A stretch of 64,000 nt of DNA, taken from assembly GCA_038746265.1 (NCBI GenBank), contig JBCDKU010000001.1:54281-118280 (forward strand), written 5' to 3'. Shown here one piece after another: positions 1 to 7,207 of the stretch. The notes beneath the pieces are model-generated. The model did not search any database. It was not told the origin of the DNA and saw only the letters and a program-made list of their open reading frames with translations. This DNA is from Planctomycetota bacterium (lineage in GTDB: Bacteria; Planctomycetota; Phycisphaerae; Phycisphaerales; UBA1924). Each line of letters opens with the position of its first letter. The stretch's first letter is position 1. The position numbers and the translations under genes were made by a program.

Positions 1-1
1 C

Positions 2-211
2 GGCGGCCACGTCATCGCCGTCGCCACCGAGGGCGACACCAACATCCGCGCCCTCGCCGAAGACGTCTTCGAAATCCCCGACTGCCCCGAACCCCTCAGC
101 CCCCTCCTCGCCGTCGTCCCCCTCCAACTCCTCGCCTACCACGCCGCCGTCCTGCGCAGTCACGACGTCGATAAGCCGAGAAACCTCGCGAAGAGTGTCA
201 CGGTGGAGTGA
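2..211 (+). CDS. glmS: glutamine--fructose-6-phosphate aminotransferase, C-terminal fragment (5' end outside window)
   Basis: Frame-2 translation ends ...[32 protein letters not shown], the canonical GlmS C-terminus. Stop TGA at 209-211. Confidence 0.9.
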   Translation, partial: GGHVIAVATEGDTNIRALAEDVFEIPDCPEPLSPLLAVVPLQLLAYHAAVLRSHDVDKPRNLAKSVTVE

Positions 212-813
212 TGTTTAAGCGTGTCGCCGGCAAAACAATCGTTGCAAGCCTGGCCTGTTTGTCACTGTTCATCGCAGCGTTATGGACATCAAGTCGGTTC
301 TCAAAGTACGCGCTTGCTCGCTACGAGTATTGCATCACTTCAACAACGCATGAAGTGAAATCAAGCCAGCTGGTGCTTTTGCGCGACGGCATCGTTCTCG
401 AGGTCCACCACACACTCCGAGGGAACGAAGACGTGCTTAAGGCTCTCCAACTCGACGAGGACGCCCTCGGGACGAGTCGGGCGATCATTTCGCGCCTGAT
501 GCAACCTGATCGATATGACCGTTCGCGTGGACACCCACCAGCCGACTTCCCCGGCTTCGGCATGAACACCATCGCGCCAACTTCGAGACCTCTTCCTGGC
601 TGGGATCACGAGACTCTCAACTACTTCATTCTCCGCCTCGACTGGTGGCTCCTCACCGCCCTCCCCGCCACCCCCTGGCTCATCTCAACAGCTCTCCTCA
701 CCCGCCGCCAACTCCGCCGCCGCCACCGACGCAAGCACGGCCTCTGCCTGAACTGCGGCTACGAACTCAGCAAAGCAACACCCTGCCCCGAATGCGGCGC
801 AGGTGCTTCGTAG
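211..813 (+). CDS. membrane protein with C-terminal zinc-ribbon (tandem paralog 1 of 4)
   Basis: ORF 208..813. ATG 211 shares one base with the glmS stop (TGATG). N-terminal TM helix KTIVASLACLSLFIAALW, second TM WWLLTALPATPWLISTALL, basic RRQLRRRHRRKH, then CLNCGYEL-x6-CPECG. Confidence 0.7.
   Translation: MFKRVAGKTIVASLACLSLFIAALWTSSRFSKYALARYEYCITSTTHEVKSSQLVLLRDGIVLEVHHTLRGNEDVLKALQLDEDALGTSRAIISRLMQPDRYDRSRGHPPADFPGFGMNTIAPTSRPLPGWDHETLNYFILRLDWWLLTALPATPWLISTALLTRRQLRRRHRRKHGLCLNCGYELSKATPCPECGAGAS
642..749. repeat. 108-bp near-identical direct repeat, copy A (3' part of paralog 1)
   Basis: The stretch from ctggtggctcctcaccgccctccccgcc to cacggcctctgcct matches 1247-1354 with 3 mismatches, read by eye. 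Confidence 0.85.
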
Positions 814-830
814 ACGACTACCGTCCGGAG

Positions 831-1502
831 ATGAAGTTGTTCATGCTGCTCCGAAAGACCATCATCGCTGCAACCGCCATCCTCGCTGGTGCGGCAGCGA
901 TCGGATGGATCTACTCACAGTTCCGGTACGCGGAACTCCGACAGTCGCGACCAGTAGTGATCGCGCAGGAGCTGGTCGAGACGTCTTGGATCGTCGCTGC
1001 TGTTCCCGAAGGACCGATGGTCATCCGCTCAGTCAAGAAAACCCGCGTCGGCCCTGACTTCTCATTGGACAACGAGCCGAGCATCAAGACCGAATTCAAA
1101 GCAGTGCTCGCCGAGTCGAAGCTCGCGCCGATGCAACCGATCAGCGAGTTCTGGTCGTACGACCCCGACCGGGTAGGCTTCGCGCTTCAATCCGTCAGAA
1201 GCTCCGGAGGTCCAAGCTCCTCGGAGTCGTTCCTCGCCCACTTACCCTGGTGGCTCCTCACCGCCCTCCCCGCCACCCCCTGGCTCATCTCGACAGCTCT
1301 CCTCACCCGCCGCCAACTCCGCCGCCGCCACCGACACAAACACGGCCTCTGCCTCACCTGCGGCTACAACCTCCGCCTCCCTCTCCCGCCGTCTGAAAAC
1401 AGCCGAGAGGGCCGGGGTGAGGGCTCCCCCTCCTCCAACGCCTCCTCTGTCACGCCGAGAAGCGCCACCCCCTGCCCCGAGTGCGGTACGCTCCCCACCT
1501 GA
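831..1502 (+). CDS. membrane protein with C-terminal zinc-ribbon (tandem paralog 2 of 4)
   Basis: In-frame ATG 831 preceded by GGAG. TM helix IIAATAILAGAAAIGWIY. C-terminus WWLLTALPATPWLISTALLTRRQLRRRHRHKHGLCLTCGYNL, an insert of about 30 aa, then CPECG. The P-rich 645..830 extension overlaps paralog 1 and is not used. Confidence 0.7.
   Translation: MKLFMLLRKTIIAATAILAGAAAIGWIYSQFRYAELRQSRPVVIAQELVETSWIVAAVPEGPMVIRSVKKTRVGPDFSLDNEPSIKTEFKAVLAESKLAPMQPISEFWSYDPDRVGFALQSVRSSGGPSSSESFLAHLPWWLLTALPATPWLISTALLTRRQLRRRHRHKHGLCLTCGYNLRLPLPPSENSREGRGEGSPSSNASSVTPRSATPCPECGTLPT
1247..1354. repeat. 108-bp near-identical direct repeat, copy B (3' part of paralog 2)
   Basis: Same sequence as 642-749 apart from 3 substitutions. 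The flanking parts of the two genes are much more diverged. Confidence 0.85.
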
Positions 1503-1511
1503 GGCAGCACC

Positions 1512-2153
1512 ATCAAAAAACAACGAACCATCCTCGGCGTCCTGACCAAGACCTTCGTCGCGGCCACCGCGACCCTCGCCCTCCTCACCGCCGTCCTCTG
1601 GATCCTCTCCCAGTCGCAACGTTTCACCTACAAGCGTGAATCCAGCTTCCACGCCCAAGGCGTCTTCAGCAAAGGCGGCTTCGCGGTCTACAACTTCCCG
1701 GGTGGCCTTGACGTCAGCACCTACCGAGCCGAATACGACTCCGCCGAAGCCACCGAGTTCGGCTTCGAGCCCGACACCTCCCACTCCTTCAAGCGCGCCG
1801 CCCAGCCCGACAACGCCCGCGACTCCGAACGCTCCCGGCGCCAAATCGCACCGCGTCCGCTGCGCCACATCGGGGTGTACCGCCTGAATAACAACATGAC
1901 GCTGACAACCCAACGGAACGGGAAGTTGATCGTCGCCCATGGGTACTCGGTCGACTCGTTCCTCATCGACTGGTCCCTCATCATCACCCTCCTCACCCTC
2001 CCTCTGATCTTCTCCATGATCCTCCTCGCCGCACGCAAACTCGAACGCCGCAACCGACGCAAGAACAACCTCTGCCTCGACTGCGGCTACGACCTCGCCA
2101 ACCAGGCAACGGACACCACAACCTGCCCCGAGTGCGGTACCGTCACCGAGTGA
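1512..2153 (+). CDS. membrane protein with C-terminal zinc-ribbon (tandem paralog 3 of 4); start codon unresolved
   Basis: The first canonical start in this frame is GTG 1875. The homologous N-terminal TM helix (KKQRTILGVLTKTFVAATATLALLTAVLWILSQSQRF) is encoded at 1515-1626, in frame directly after the TGA (1500-1502) of paralog 2. Only ATC (1512, 1530) or CTG (1542) are available as starts. C-terminus: TM, RKLERRNRRKNN, CLDCGYDL-x10-CPECG. Confidence 0.55.
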   Translation: MKKQRTILGVLTKTFVAATATLALLTAVLWILSQSQRFTYKRESSFHAQGVFSKGGFAVYNFPGGLDVSTYRAEYDSAEATEFGFEPDTSHSFKRAAQPDNARDSERSRRQIAPRPLRHIGVYRLNNNMTLTTQRNGKLIVAHGYSVDSFLIDWSLIITLLTLPLIFSMILLAARKLERRNRRKNNLCLDCGYDLANQATDTTTCPECGTVTE

Positions 2154-2242
2154 TCGAGATCCCCCCCTCACCCTGGTCACGACGCACAGAGTTCACGCGC
2201 CGGTCCGCCGACTACCCCGACCCGCCGCCCGCCATCAAGCGC

Positions 2243-2608
2243 ATGCCCGAGTCCCAACTCCCGGCGACCGCCCTCACGATCACCGTGGGTGTCCTCATCA
2301 TCAGCCTGCTCGTCATGAGCACCGGCGGGCTCGTCAAAGGGCTCGAGGTCGTCGCCGCGATCGGCATCGCCACGTTCGTCTTCGCCTTCGCGGGCCTGCT
2401 CGTCGCCGCCCCGTTCGCCGTCTTCGCCACCAACCGAGCCCTCCGCTCGGTCATCCGCCGGCGCGCCAAGGTCTGCCCCCTCTGCGCCTACGACCTCCGA
2501 GGACGCCCCCCCGAATCCGCCCGATGCCCCGAGTGCGGTGAGATCGTCCCGACACGCGACGCCGTCCTCGTTTGGTGCCGCTTCGCCCGATCCAGGCGCA
2601 AGCCGTAA
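2243..2608 (+). CDS. membrane protein with C-terminal zinc-ribbon (tandem paralog 4 of 4, more diverged)
   Basis: ATG 2243 within ORF 2132..2608. Three hydrophobic helices, RSVIRRRAK, then CPLCAYDL-x9-CPECG. Confidence 0.6.
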   Translation: MPESQLPATALTITVGVLIISLLVMSTGGLVKGLEVVAAIGIATFVFAFAGLLVAAPFAVFATNRALRSVIRRRAKVCPLCAYDLRGRPPESARCPECGEIVPTRDAVLVWCRFARSRRKP

Positions 2609-2740
2609 CGCCAGATCCAGGCGCAAGCCCAAAGACAGCCCCACCCGCGCAACACCCGCGCCCCAAATCCGATAGCCCCCACCAACCAGACCCCGATATC
2701 ACTGTCCAAACACTCGCGCAACAGCTTGCGAGGAGCGCCC

Positions 2741-3385
2741 ATGCTGCACACCAAAGACCTCATCAAGCCCATCGACCTCGACACCATCATCACCCGATGG
2801 CCCGACTCGAACCCACAGCTCGAAGCCGCCGCCACCGAGCGCCTCACCCTCGCGCCGATCACCGAGGCCGACCGCCACCAGCTCACCGCGATCGTCGCGC
2901 GAAACCGCGCCCGCCTCGACCGCCTCATCCCCCTCCACGACGAACGCAACGGCGAGACCCCGAACGACTGGTTCGACAAGCAGCTCACCCTGCACGACCA
3001 GGCCGTCCGCAGCGGCAACGCGTGGCGCCGCGTCCTCCGCGACAACGAGACCGACGCCATCCTCGGCGCGGTCAACCTCAACGCCATCAGCCGCGGCCTC
3101 GAGTGCGAAGCCGACGCCTGCGTCTGGCTCGACGAACACGCCCAGCGCCAGGGCTTCGCCACCGAAGCCATCGCCGCCGCGCTCGCGATCGCCTTCGCCA
3201 TGCCCACCCGGGGCCTGGGCCTCACCGCCGTCCACGGCGGCATCCAGCCCGACAACTTCAAGAGCAAGCGCATCGCCGCCAGGTGCGGCTTCCGCCTTGA
3301 CCCCCGCAAGTCCTCCCACCTCCGGATCAACGGCCGCTGGATCAACCACGAATTCCACGTGGCAACCCCACCCATCACCGGCTGA
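2741..3385 (+). CDS. GNAT family N-acetyltransferase (RimJ/RimL-like)
   Basis: ORF 2726..3385 with ATG at 2741. RLTLAPITEAD..., acetyl-CoA motif region QRQGFATEAIAAALAIAF, and C-terminal NFKSKRIAARCGFRL typical of RimJ/L-type GNATs. Confidence 0.75.
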   Translation: MLHTKDLIKPIDLDTIITRWPDSNPQLEAAATERLTLAPITEADRHQLTAIVARNRARLDRLIPLHDERNGETPNDWFDKQLTLHDQAVRSGNAWRRVLRDNETDAILGAVNLNAISRGLECEADACVWLDEHAQRQGFATEAIAAALAIAFAMPTRGLGLTAVHGGIQPDNFKSKRIAARCGFRLDPRKSSHLRINGRWINHEFHVATPPITG

Positions 3386-3429
3386 CCCATTCCCCCGAAT
3401 GCCCAATGCCGAGTGCCGAGTGCCCCGCC

Positions 3430-4980
3430 TCACCACTGCTTCTTCTCCGTCCGGTACCCCGCGTCCAGGTTCTGCACCAGATACCGAAGCGCGTCCACCG
3501 CGTGATCCGAGCCGTCCTTCACCGGCTCCAATGACTCGGGCCGATCGCTCGGGTACCGGTACCGCTCGAGCGACTCGATCAGCTTCGCGCACCGCCGATG
3601 CACATACAGCCTCGGCGGCCCGCTCGCCGGCTTGAGCCGCGCACGCACCAGATCAAGCCCCGCGTTCACGCCCATCTTGCGGTCGCGCACGGTCAGCCCC
3701 GCCTTCCGCATCACCTGCACCGGGCTGAGCCCCGTCTGATCGCTCCGCTGCCGACCCGCCGGATCCACACCAACCCAGACCGGTGACGCGGGCCCGTTCG
3801 ACCCGATCGCCTCGATGTGCTTCGCCAGCACCTCGCCCGCGACCACCCGCTCATGGGCGATCCGCAGCACGCCGTCACCATCGACAGCGCCCCACAGGAC
3901 CACGGTCGGCGCGCGGATCCCGAAGTCCATCCCGCACACCCACGCACGACCGTCGCCCCCCTCGGACAGCGCCTCGACCACGTGAACCCTCGCGTCGAAC
4001 TCGGGCAGCACGCAGTCCGTTCGGCGGGGCCGATCGCCCAGCATCTCCGCCGCCCAGGTCTGCTCGCCCACGCGCGACTTGAGCGTCAGCGCATCCTCGA
4101 TCGGCACGTGCCCCGCCGCCTCGCCCCGCGCGTCACGCTCCTTGGCGCGCCCGCCGCACTCCGGCGCGAGCGCACAGCTCTCGCAGTCGTGCTCATCGCC
4201 GCACGCGCCGAGCACATCGACCACGCCCCACTTGAACAGCTTCCGCGACCCCTTCTCGCCCGCCTCGCGGACAAGCCGGTACATCAGGCCGTACGGGATG
4301 TGCATCGTGCTGAGGCACTCGATGGTGCCGGGCACGAAGACGTCGCCGCACATCTTGCTTCTCGTTGTGAGCTGCGCCGCCTCCCAGACCTCCGGATCGA
4401 ACAGCTCGACCTCGTCGCACCGCAGCTTCTGGACTCTCGTGCCGCGGACCGACCGCTGCGACTGCGTGAGCAGCTGCGCCCGCGAGCGGTTCACGAGCCG
4501 CAGCTTTTTCTCTGTGGGCTTGCCCTCGACGAGCGACTCGAGCTCGGGCTCCTCGAACAGCGTCCGCAGGTGCCCGTAGACGTGCTGGGCCTGCTCGAGC
4601 GAGCCCGCGAGGATGCGCACCTTGATCGTCGGCTTAAAGATCAGATCCAGCGCCGTCGCGACCGCCGCGAGGAACGTCTTGCCCCCGCCCCGGTTTGCCC
4701 ACACCACGCTGTCCGGGCTCGCGGGCGTCACCACGGGCAGCCCGCCCGAGTCGTCCAGCACGCCGCCGTCAAAGAACGCGTGCGCCAGGTAGTCGAACGG
4801 CGCCGCGTGCCCCTCGACGAGCGCGCTCGTCGGGAACACAAGCCCCATCACGTCGCGGCACCACGCGTGCAGCTCACCCGCCGTCTTCGGTCGCTCCCAG
4901 GGGCACTCGCCCGCCGACCACCGCTCCGCGCGCGACTTCGCCGCGCCCTTCTTCTGGTCCCCGTCTCTCGATCCGGTCAT
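3430..4980 (-). CDS. phage terminase large subunit (TerL)-like protein, apparently intact
   Basis: Walker A NRGGGKTF, Walker B LRCDEVELFD, nuclease motifs VCGMDFG, VGVDPAG and KDGSDHAVDALRYLV. GGAG lies 9 nt upstream of ATG 4980. Confidence 0.85.
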   Translation of the reverse strand: MTGSRDGDQKKGAAKSRAERWSAGECPWERPKTAGELHAWCRDVMGLVFPTSALVEGHAAPFDYLAHAFFDGGVLDDSGGLPVVTPASPDSVVWANRGGGKTFLAAVATALDLIFKPTIKVRILAGSLEQAQHVYGHLRTLFEEPELESLVEGKPTEKKLRLVNRSRAQLLTQSQRSVRGTRVQKLRCDEVELFDPEVWEAAQLTTRSKMCGDVFVPGTIECLSTMHIPYGLMYRLVREAGEKGSRKLFKWGVVDVLGACGDEHDCESCALAPECGGRAKERDARGEAAGHVPIEDALTLKSRVGEQTWAAEMLGDRPRRTDCVLPEFDARVHVVEALSEGGDGRAWVCGMDFGIRAPTVVLWGAVDGDGVLRIAHERVVAGEVLAKHIEAIGSNGPASPVWVGVDPAGRQRSDQTGLSPVQVMRKAGLTVRDRKMGVNAGLDLVRARLKPASGPPRLYVHRRCAKLIESLERYRYPSDRPESLEPVKDGSDHAVDALRYLVQNLDAGYRTEKKQW

Positions 4981-5019
4981 CCGTCGCTCCGTCGGGGGAT
5001 GTCGCGTGCGTCAAACTGT

Positions 5020-5217
5020 TCACCCCGCCCGGCGGCGTTCATCGATCTCAAGTCCCAGCGCGAGCAGCAGAGCACAGCTCCTCGTCTTGTGGTGCCGCCG
5101 CAGCACGCGGAGCACCGCGGTCCTTTCTTGTGCGGTTAAGAAGAACGTCAGCCCCACCCGCGCGTCCGCGGGCTCCGTGTCGGGCTTCGGCTTCGGGACA
5201 CGATCAGGCGTACGCAT
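5020..5217 (-). CDS. small ribbon-helix-helix-like protein
   Basis: Internal ATG 5217 of ORF 5020..5412, overlapping the upstream gene by 14 nt. RVGLTFFLT (beta strand), AQERTAVLRVLRR and RSCALLLALGLEI (two helices) fit a CopG/MobC-type RHH pattern. Third-position GC is fairly high. Confidence 0.5.
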   Translation of the reverse strand: MRTPDRVPKPKPDTEPADARVGLTFFLTAQERTAVLRVLRRHHKTRSCALLLALGLEIDERRRAG

Positions 5218-6550
5218 GAGCCACACTCCCCCCGCCGCACACCAGCGCCGCGACCCGCGCCGCGGCGGCGCGCATGACCTGAGCGGACGTCTCGAGCCAC
5301 CTCGTCCGCGCGCCGCTCTCACGCTTCCACCGCGCGACCTCGTGCGCAAGCCAGCTCGATTCCATGATCCGCTCGGCCTGCTTCCGCTCAACGAGCCGCC
5401 ACGCCTCGACACCGGCTTCCTCGATCGCGTCGAGCAAGCGGCGGTCGGCGTCGCCCGGCGCGAGCCGGTACCGCGTCATGCCCGCGGCATCAAAGAAGGG
5501 GCTTGCCGCGCCCATCACCGAGACCGCCTCGGTCGCTTGCGTCTCGGGCTCGGCGAGGTACACGCGGACCAATCCGCTCGCGACACCCAGCCCGCGCCAT
5601 CTCGGCGTGACAACAAAGCGCGAGATGCAGCGCAGCTCACGGTTCACACGCATCGCGGCGGCGTGCTTGTCGTCGGCGCTGTACCGATCCGGCCACGCGC
5701 GGTCGCGCCAGGAGCCGTTGAGCGTTGGATAGCTCGCGACCAGCACACCCGCGACATCGCCCGGGCGCGTGACGGCGCGGAGGACGCGCGACCACGTGGC
5801 CGGGCGACCGGCGCGGTAGTGATGATGGGCGAGCCCATCGAAGTCGGCGATCGTCCCGCGCTCGATTGTCGGCCGGCGTCGCAGCGCGAGCGGCCTGGTC
5901 TTCCGGGGGCGGGCGATCTCGCACGATCGCTCACGGAGCCGGAGGTTGAGATCCGGCGCGATCAGCGAAGGAAGGTCCTCGTGGGCCGAGGCGACAACGA
6001 GACGGAGACCGTTCGTTGATCGAGAAAGCCGTAGCCGAACGGCAGCGGCGACACACGCGGCCGTCTCGCGATCGAGGACGGACCCGAACTCGTCGGCGAG
6101 CAACCAGCCGGCGTTGGTTTGTTCTGCCCGGTGCAGCGCGATCGCAAGCGACAGGCGCGCGCGTTCGCCGTCGGAGAGCTGGCCCGGCGTCACCGCGAGG
6201 ACGCGGGCCTCTCCGAGACCGGCGGCGGTGAGCGCGGGCATCAGCTCGCTCGCGGCGAGGCCCTCGAACTGGTCGGCGATGAGGCGCTTCGGTGAAGGCG
6301 CTGCGACGACGACGGCATCGTCGCCGAGCGTCTCTGCGAGTGCGCGGAGGAGCCTGGACTTGCCGGCACCGGAGTGACCGCCGATCGTCGCGACCTCTCC
6401 CGGCTCGAGCTGCCTCAGCGCCGCGAGTGCTTCGTCGTGCGTCGGTGGGATGACGCTCCCGCGTTCGACTGTGACGCCGAACGGCGCGAGCGCTTCGAGG
6501 CAGCGGCGTGTGGGCCGCGTGCTTGCCGTGAACTGCGCGTGGTCTTTCAT
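5204..6550 (-). CDS. ABC-type ATPase fused to a GNAT-like acetyltransferase domain
   Basis: ATG 6550 (ATGA overlap with the upstream gene). Walker A GGHSGAGKS, signature-like QLSDGERARLSLA, Walker B WLLADEFG, H-loop ASAHED. The C-terminal half carries the GNAT motif-A-like RFVVTPRWRGLGVASGLV. The R/P-rich 6551..6745 extension is rejected. Confidence 0.7.
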   Translation of the reverse strand: MKDHAQFTASTRPTRRCLEALAPFGVTVERGSVIPPTHDEALAALRQLEPGEVATIGGHSGAGKSRLLRALAETLGDDAVVVAAPSPKRLIADQFEGLAASELMPALTAAGLGEARVLAVTPGQLSDGERARLSLAIALHRAEQTNAGWLLADEFGSVLDRETAACVAAAVRLRLSRSTNGLRLVVASAHEDLPSLIAPDLNLRLRERSCEIARPRKTRPLALRRRPTIERGTIADFDGLAHHHYRAGRPATWSRVLRAVTRPGDVAGVLVASYPTLNGSWRDRAWPDRYSADDKHAAAMRVNRELRCISRFVVTPRWRGLGVASGLVRVYLAEPETQATEAVSVMGAASPFFDAAGMTRYRLAPGDADRRLLDAIEEAGVEAWRLVERKQAERIMESSWLAHEVARWKRESGARTRWLETSAQVMRAAAARVAALVCGGGSVAHAYA

Positions 6551-7074
6551 GCCGCCACCTCTTCGCGTCGGCTCTCGGCGCGGGCGTGCTTGCGGGCGTC
6601 GGTCTCGGCGGCGAACAGCGCGGCGATGATGTCCTCGGCGCGGCGGATCTGGTGGATGGTGAGTTCGAGTTGGGCCGCCGTCTCGCGGAGGGTGCGGCCG
6701 TAGAGCACGCGGAGGGTCGCGATGCGGCGGCGTGTGGTCGGCCACTGCTCGCGGTTGCGGGCGACGAACGCGAAGCGCGGGTCGAGCACGCGCTTGATGA
6801 TGCGGCGGACGCGGGCGCGCAGGCGGCGGGGCGGGACCGAGAGCAGCGCCGCGATCTCGCTGATGCGGCGGTTGTCGCGGTAGATCGCGAGCATGAGCTC
6901 GCGATCATCGGGCTCGAGCACAACGGCCCGCAGAACAATGGTTTCGATCAGCTCGCGGTCGCGCCGGCGTCGAAGGTCGCTCGCCTCATCGGGGTCGAAT
7001 TGCGTGCCGCCGCGGAAGATCCGCGGTGGTGCTTTCGCTGTAACTCGTTGTTCTGACTTTGCTTGTCGTTCCAT
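6547..7074 (-). CDS. DNA-binding protein with two sigma-70 region-4-like HTH units (possible TerS-like or regulatory role)
   Basis: DRELMLAIYRDNRRISEIAALLSVPPRRLRARVRRIIKRV and RRRIATLRVLYGRTLRETAAQLELTIHQIRRAEDII both look like region-4/LuxR-type HTHs. It is the first gene of the TerL operon. Confidence 0.55.
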   Translation of the reverse strand: MERQAKSEQRVTAKAPPRIFRGGTQFDPDEASDLRRRRDRELIETIVLRAVVLEPDDRELMLAIYRDNRRISEIAALLSVPPRRLRARVRRIIKRVLDPRFAFVARNREQWPTTRRRIATLRVLYGRTLRETAAQLELTIHQIRRAEDIIAALFAAETDARKHARAESRREEVAA

Positions 7075-7102
7075 TGCTGCTCCGATCAGGCTTCGGCCTT
7101 TG

Positions 7103-7149
7103 TTCGCTATCCAGAGAACACCATACCCTTGCTTCGCTGATCTGAGAAC
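7103..7149. promoter_or_regulatory. two copies of a TTCGCT-N5-GAGAAC operator-like repeat, 30 bp apart
   Basis: Copies at 7103-7119 and 7133-7149. The first also forms the palindrome TGTTC-N10-GAACA (7101-7120). Both lie in the 133-bp AT-richer divergent intergenic region. Confidence 0.4.
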
Positions 7150-7157
7150 GATAGAAT
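7129..7157 (+). promoter_or_regulatory. sigma-70-like promoter TTGCTT-N17-TAGAAT reading toward the repressor gene
   Basis: -35 at 7129-7134, -10 at 7152-7157, 17-nt spacer. Operator repeat 2 occupies the spacer. Confidence 0.35.
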
Positions 7158-7207
7158 TGTGTTTTGTTTGGTATCGCAGGAAGATTGCGCACGGGGCCCG
7201 TCACTCG

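Noticed and set aside
645-830. P-rich N-terminal extension of ORF 645..1502. Similar R/P/H-rich extensions occur at 6551..6745, 25898..26029, 30360..30401, 32896..33030, 37254..37367 and 50653..51018.
   Set aside because: These extensions overlap upstream genes or divergent promoters and have junk composition. Internal starts give signal peptides, conserved N-termini or 4-nt coupling.
1242-2180. 312-aa minus-strand ORF over the Zn-ribbon paralogs
   Set aside because: It is antisense to paralogs 2 and 3. The four plus-strand genes share a conserved architecture and a repeated Cys motif, whereas the antisense product is G/E/A-rich.
3385-3430. Short tandem repeats AATGCC x2 and GAGTGCC x2 between the convergent GNAT and TerL genes
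   Set aside because: They are too short and imperfect to call a repeat element or terminator. This is probably chance in a 45-nt spacer.
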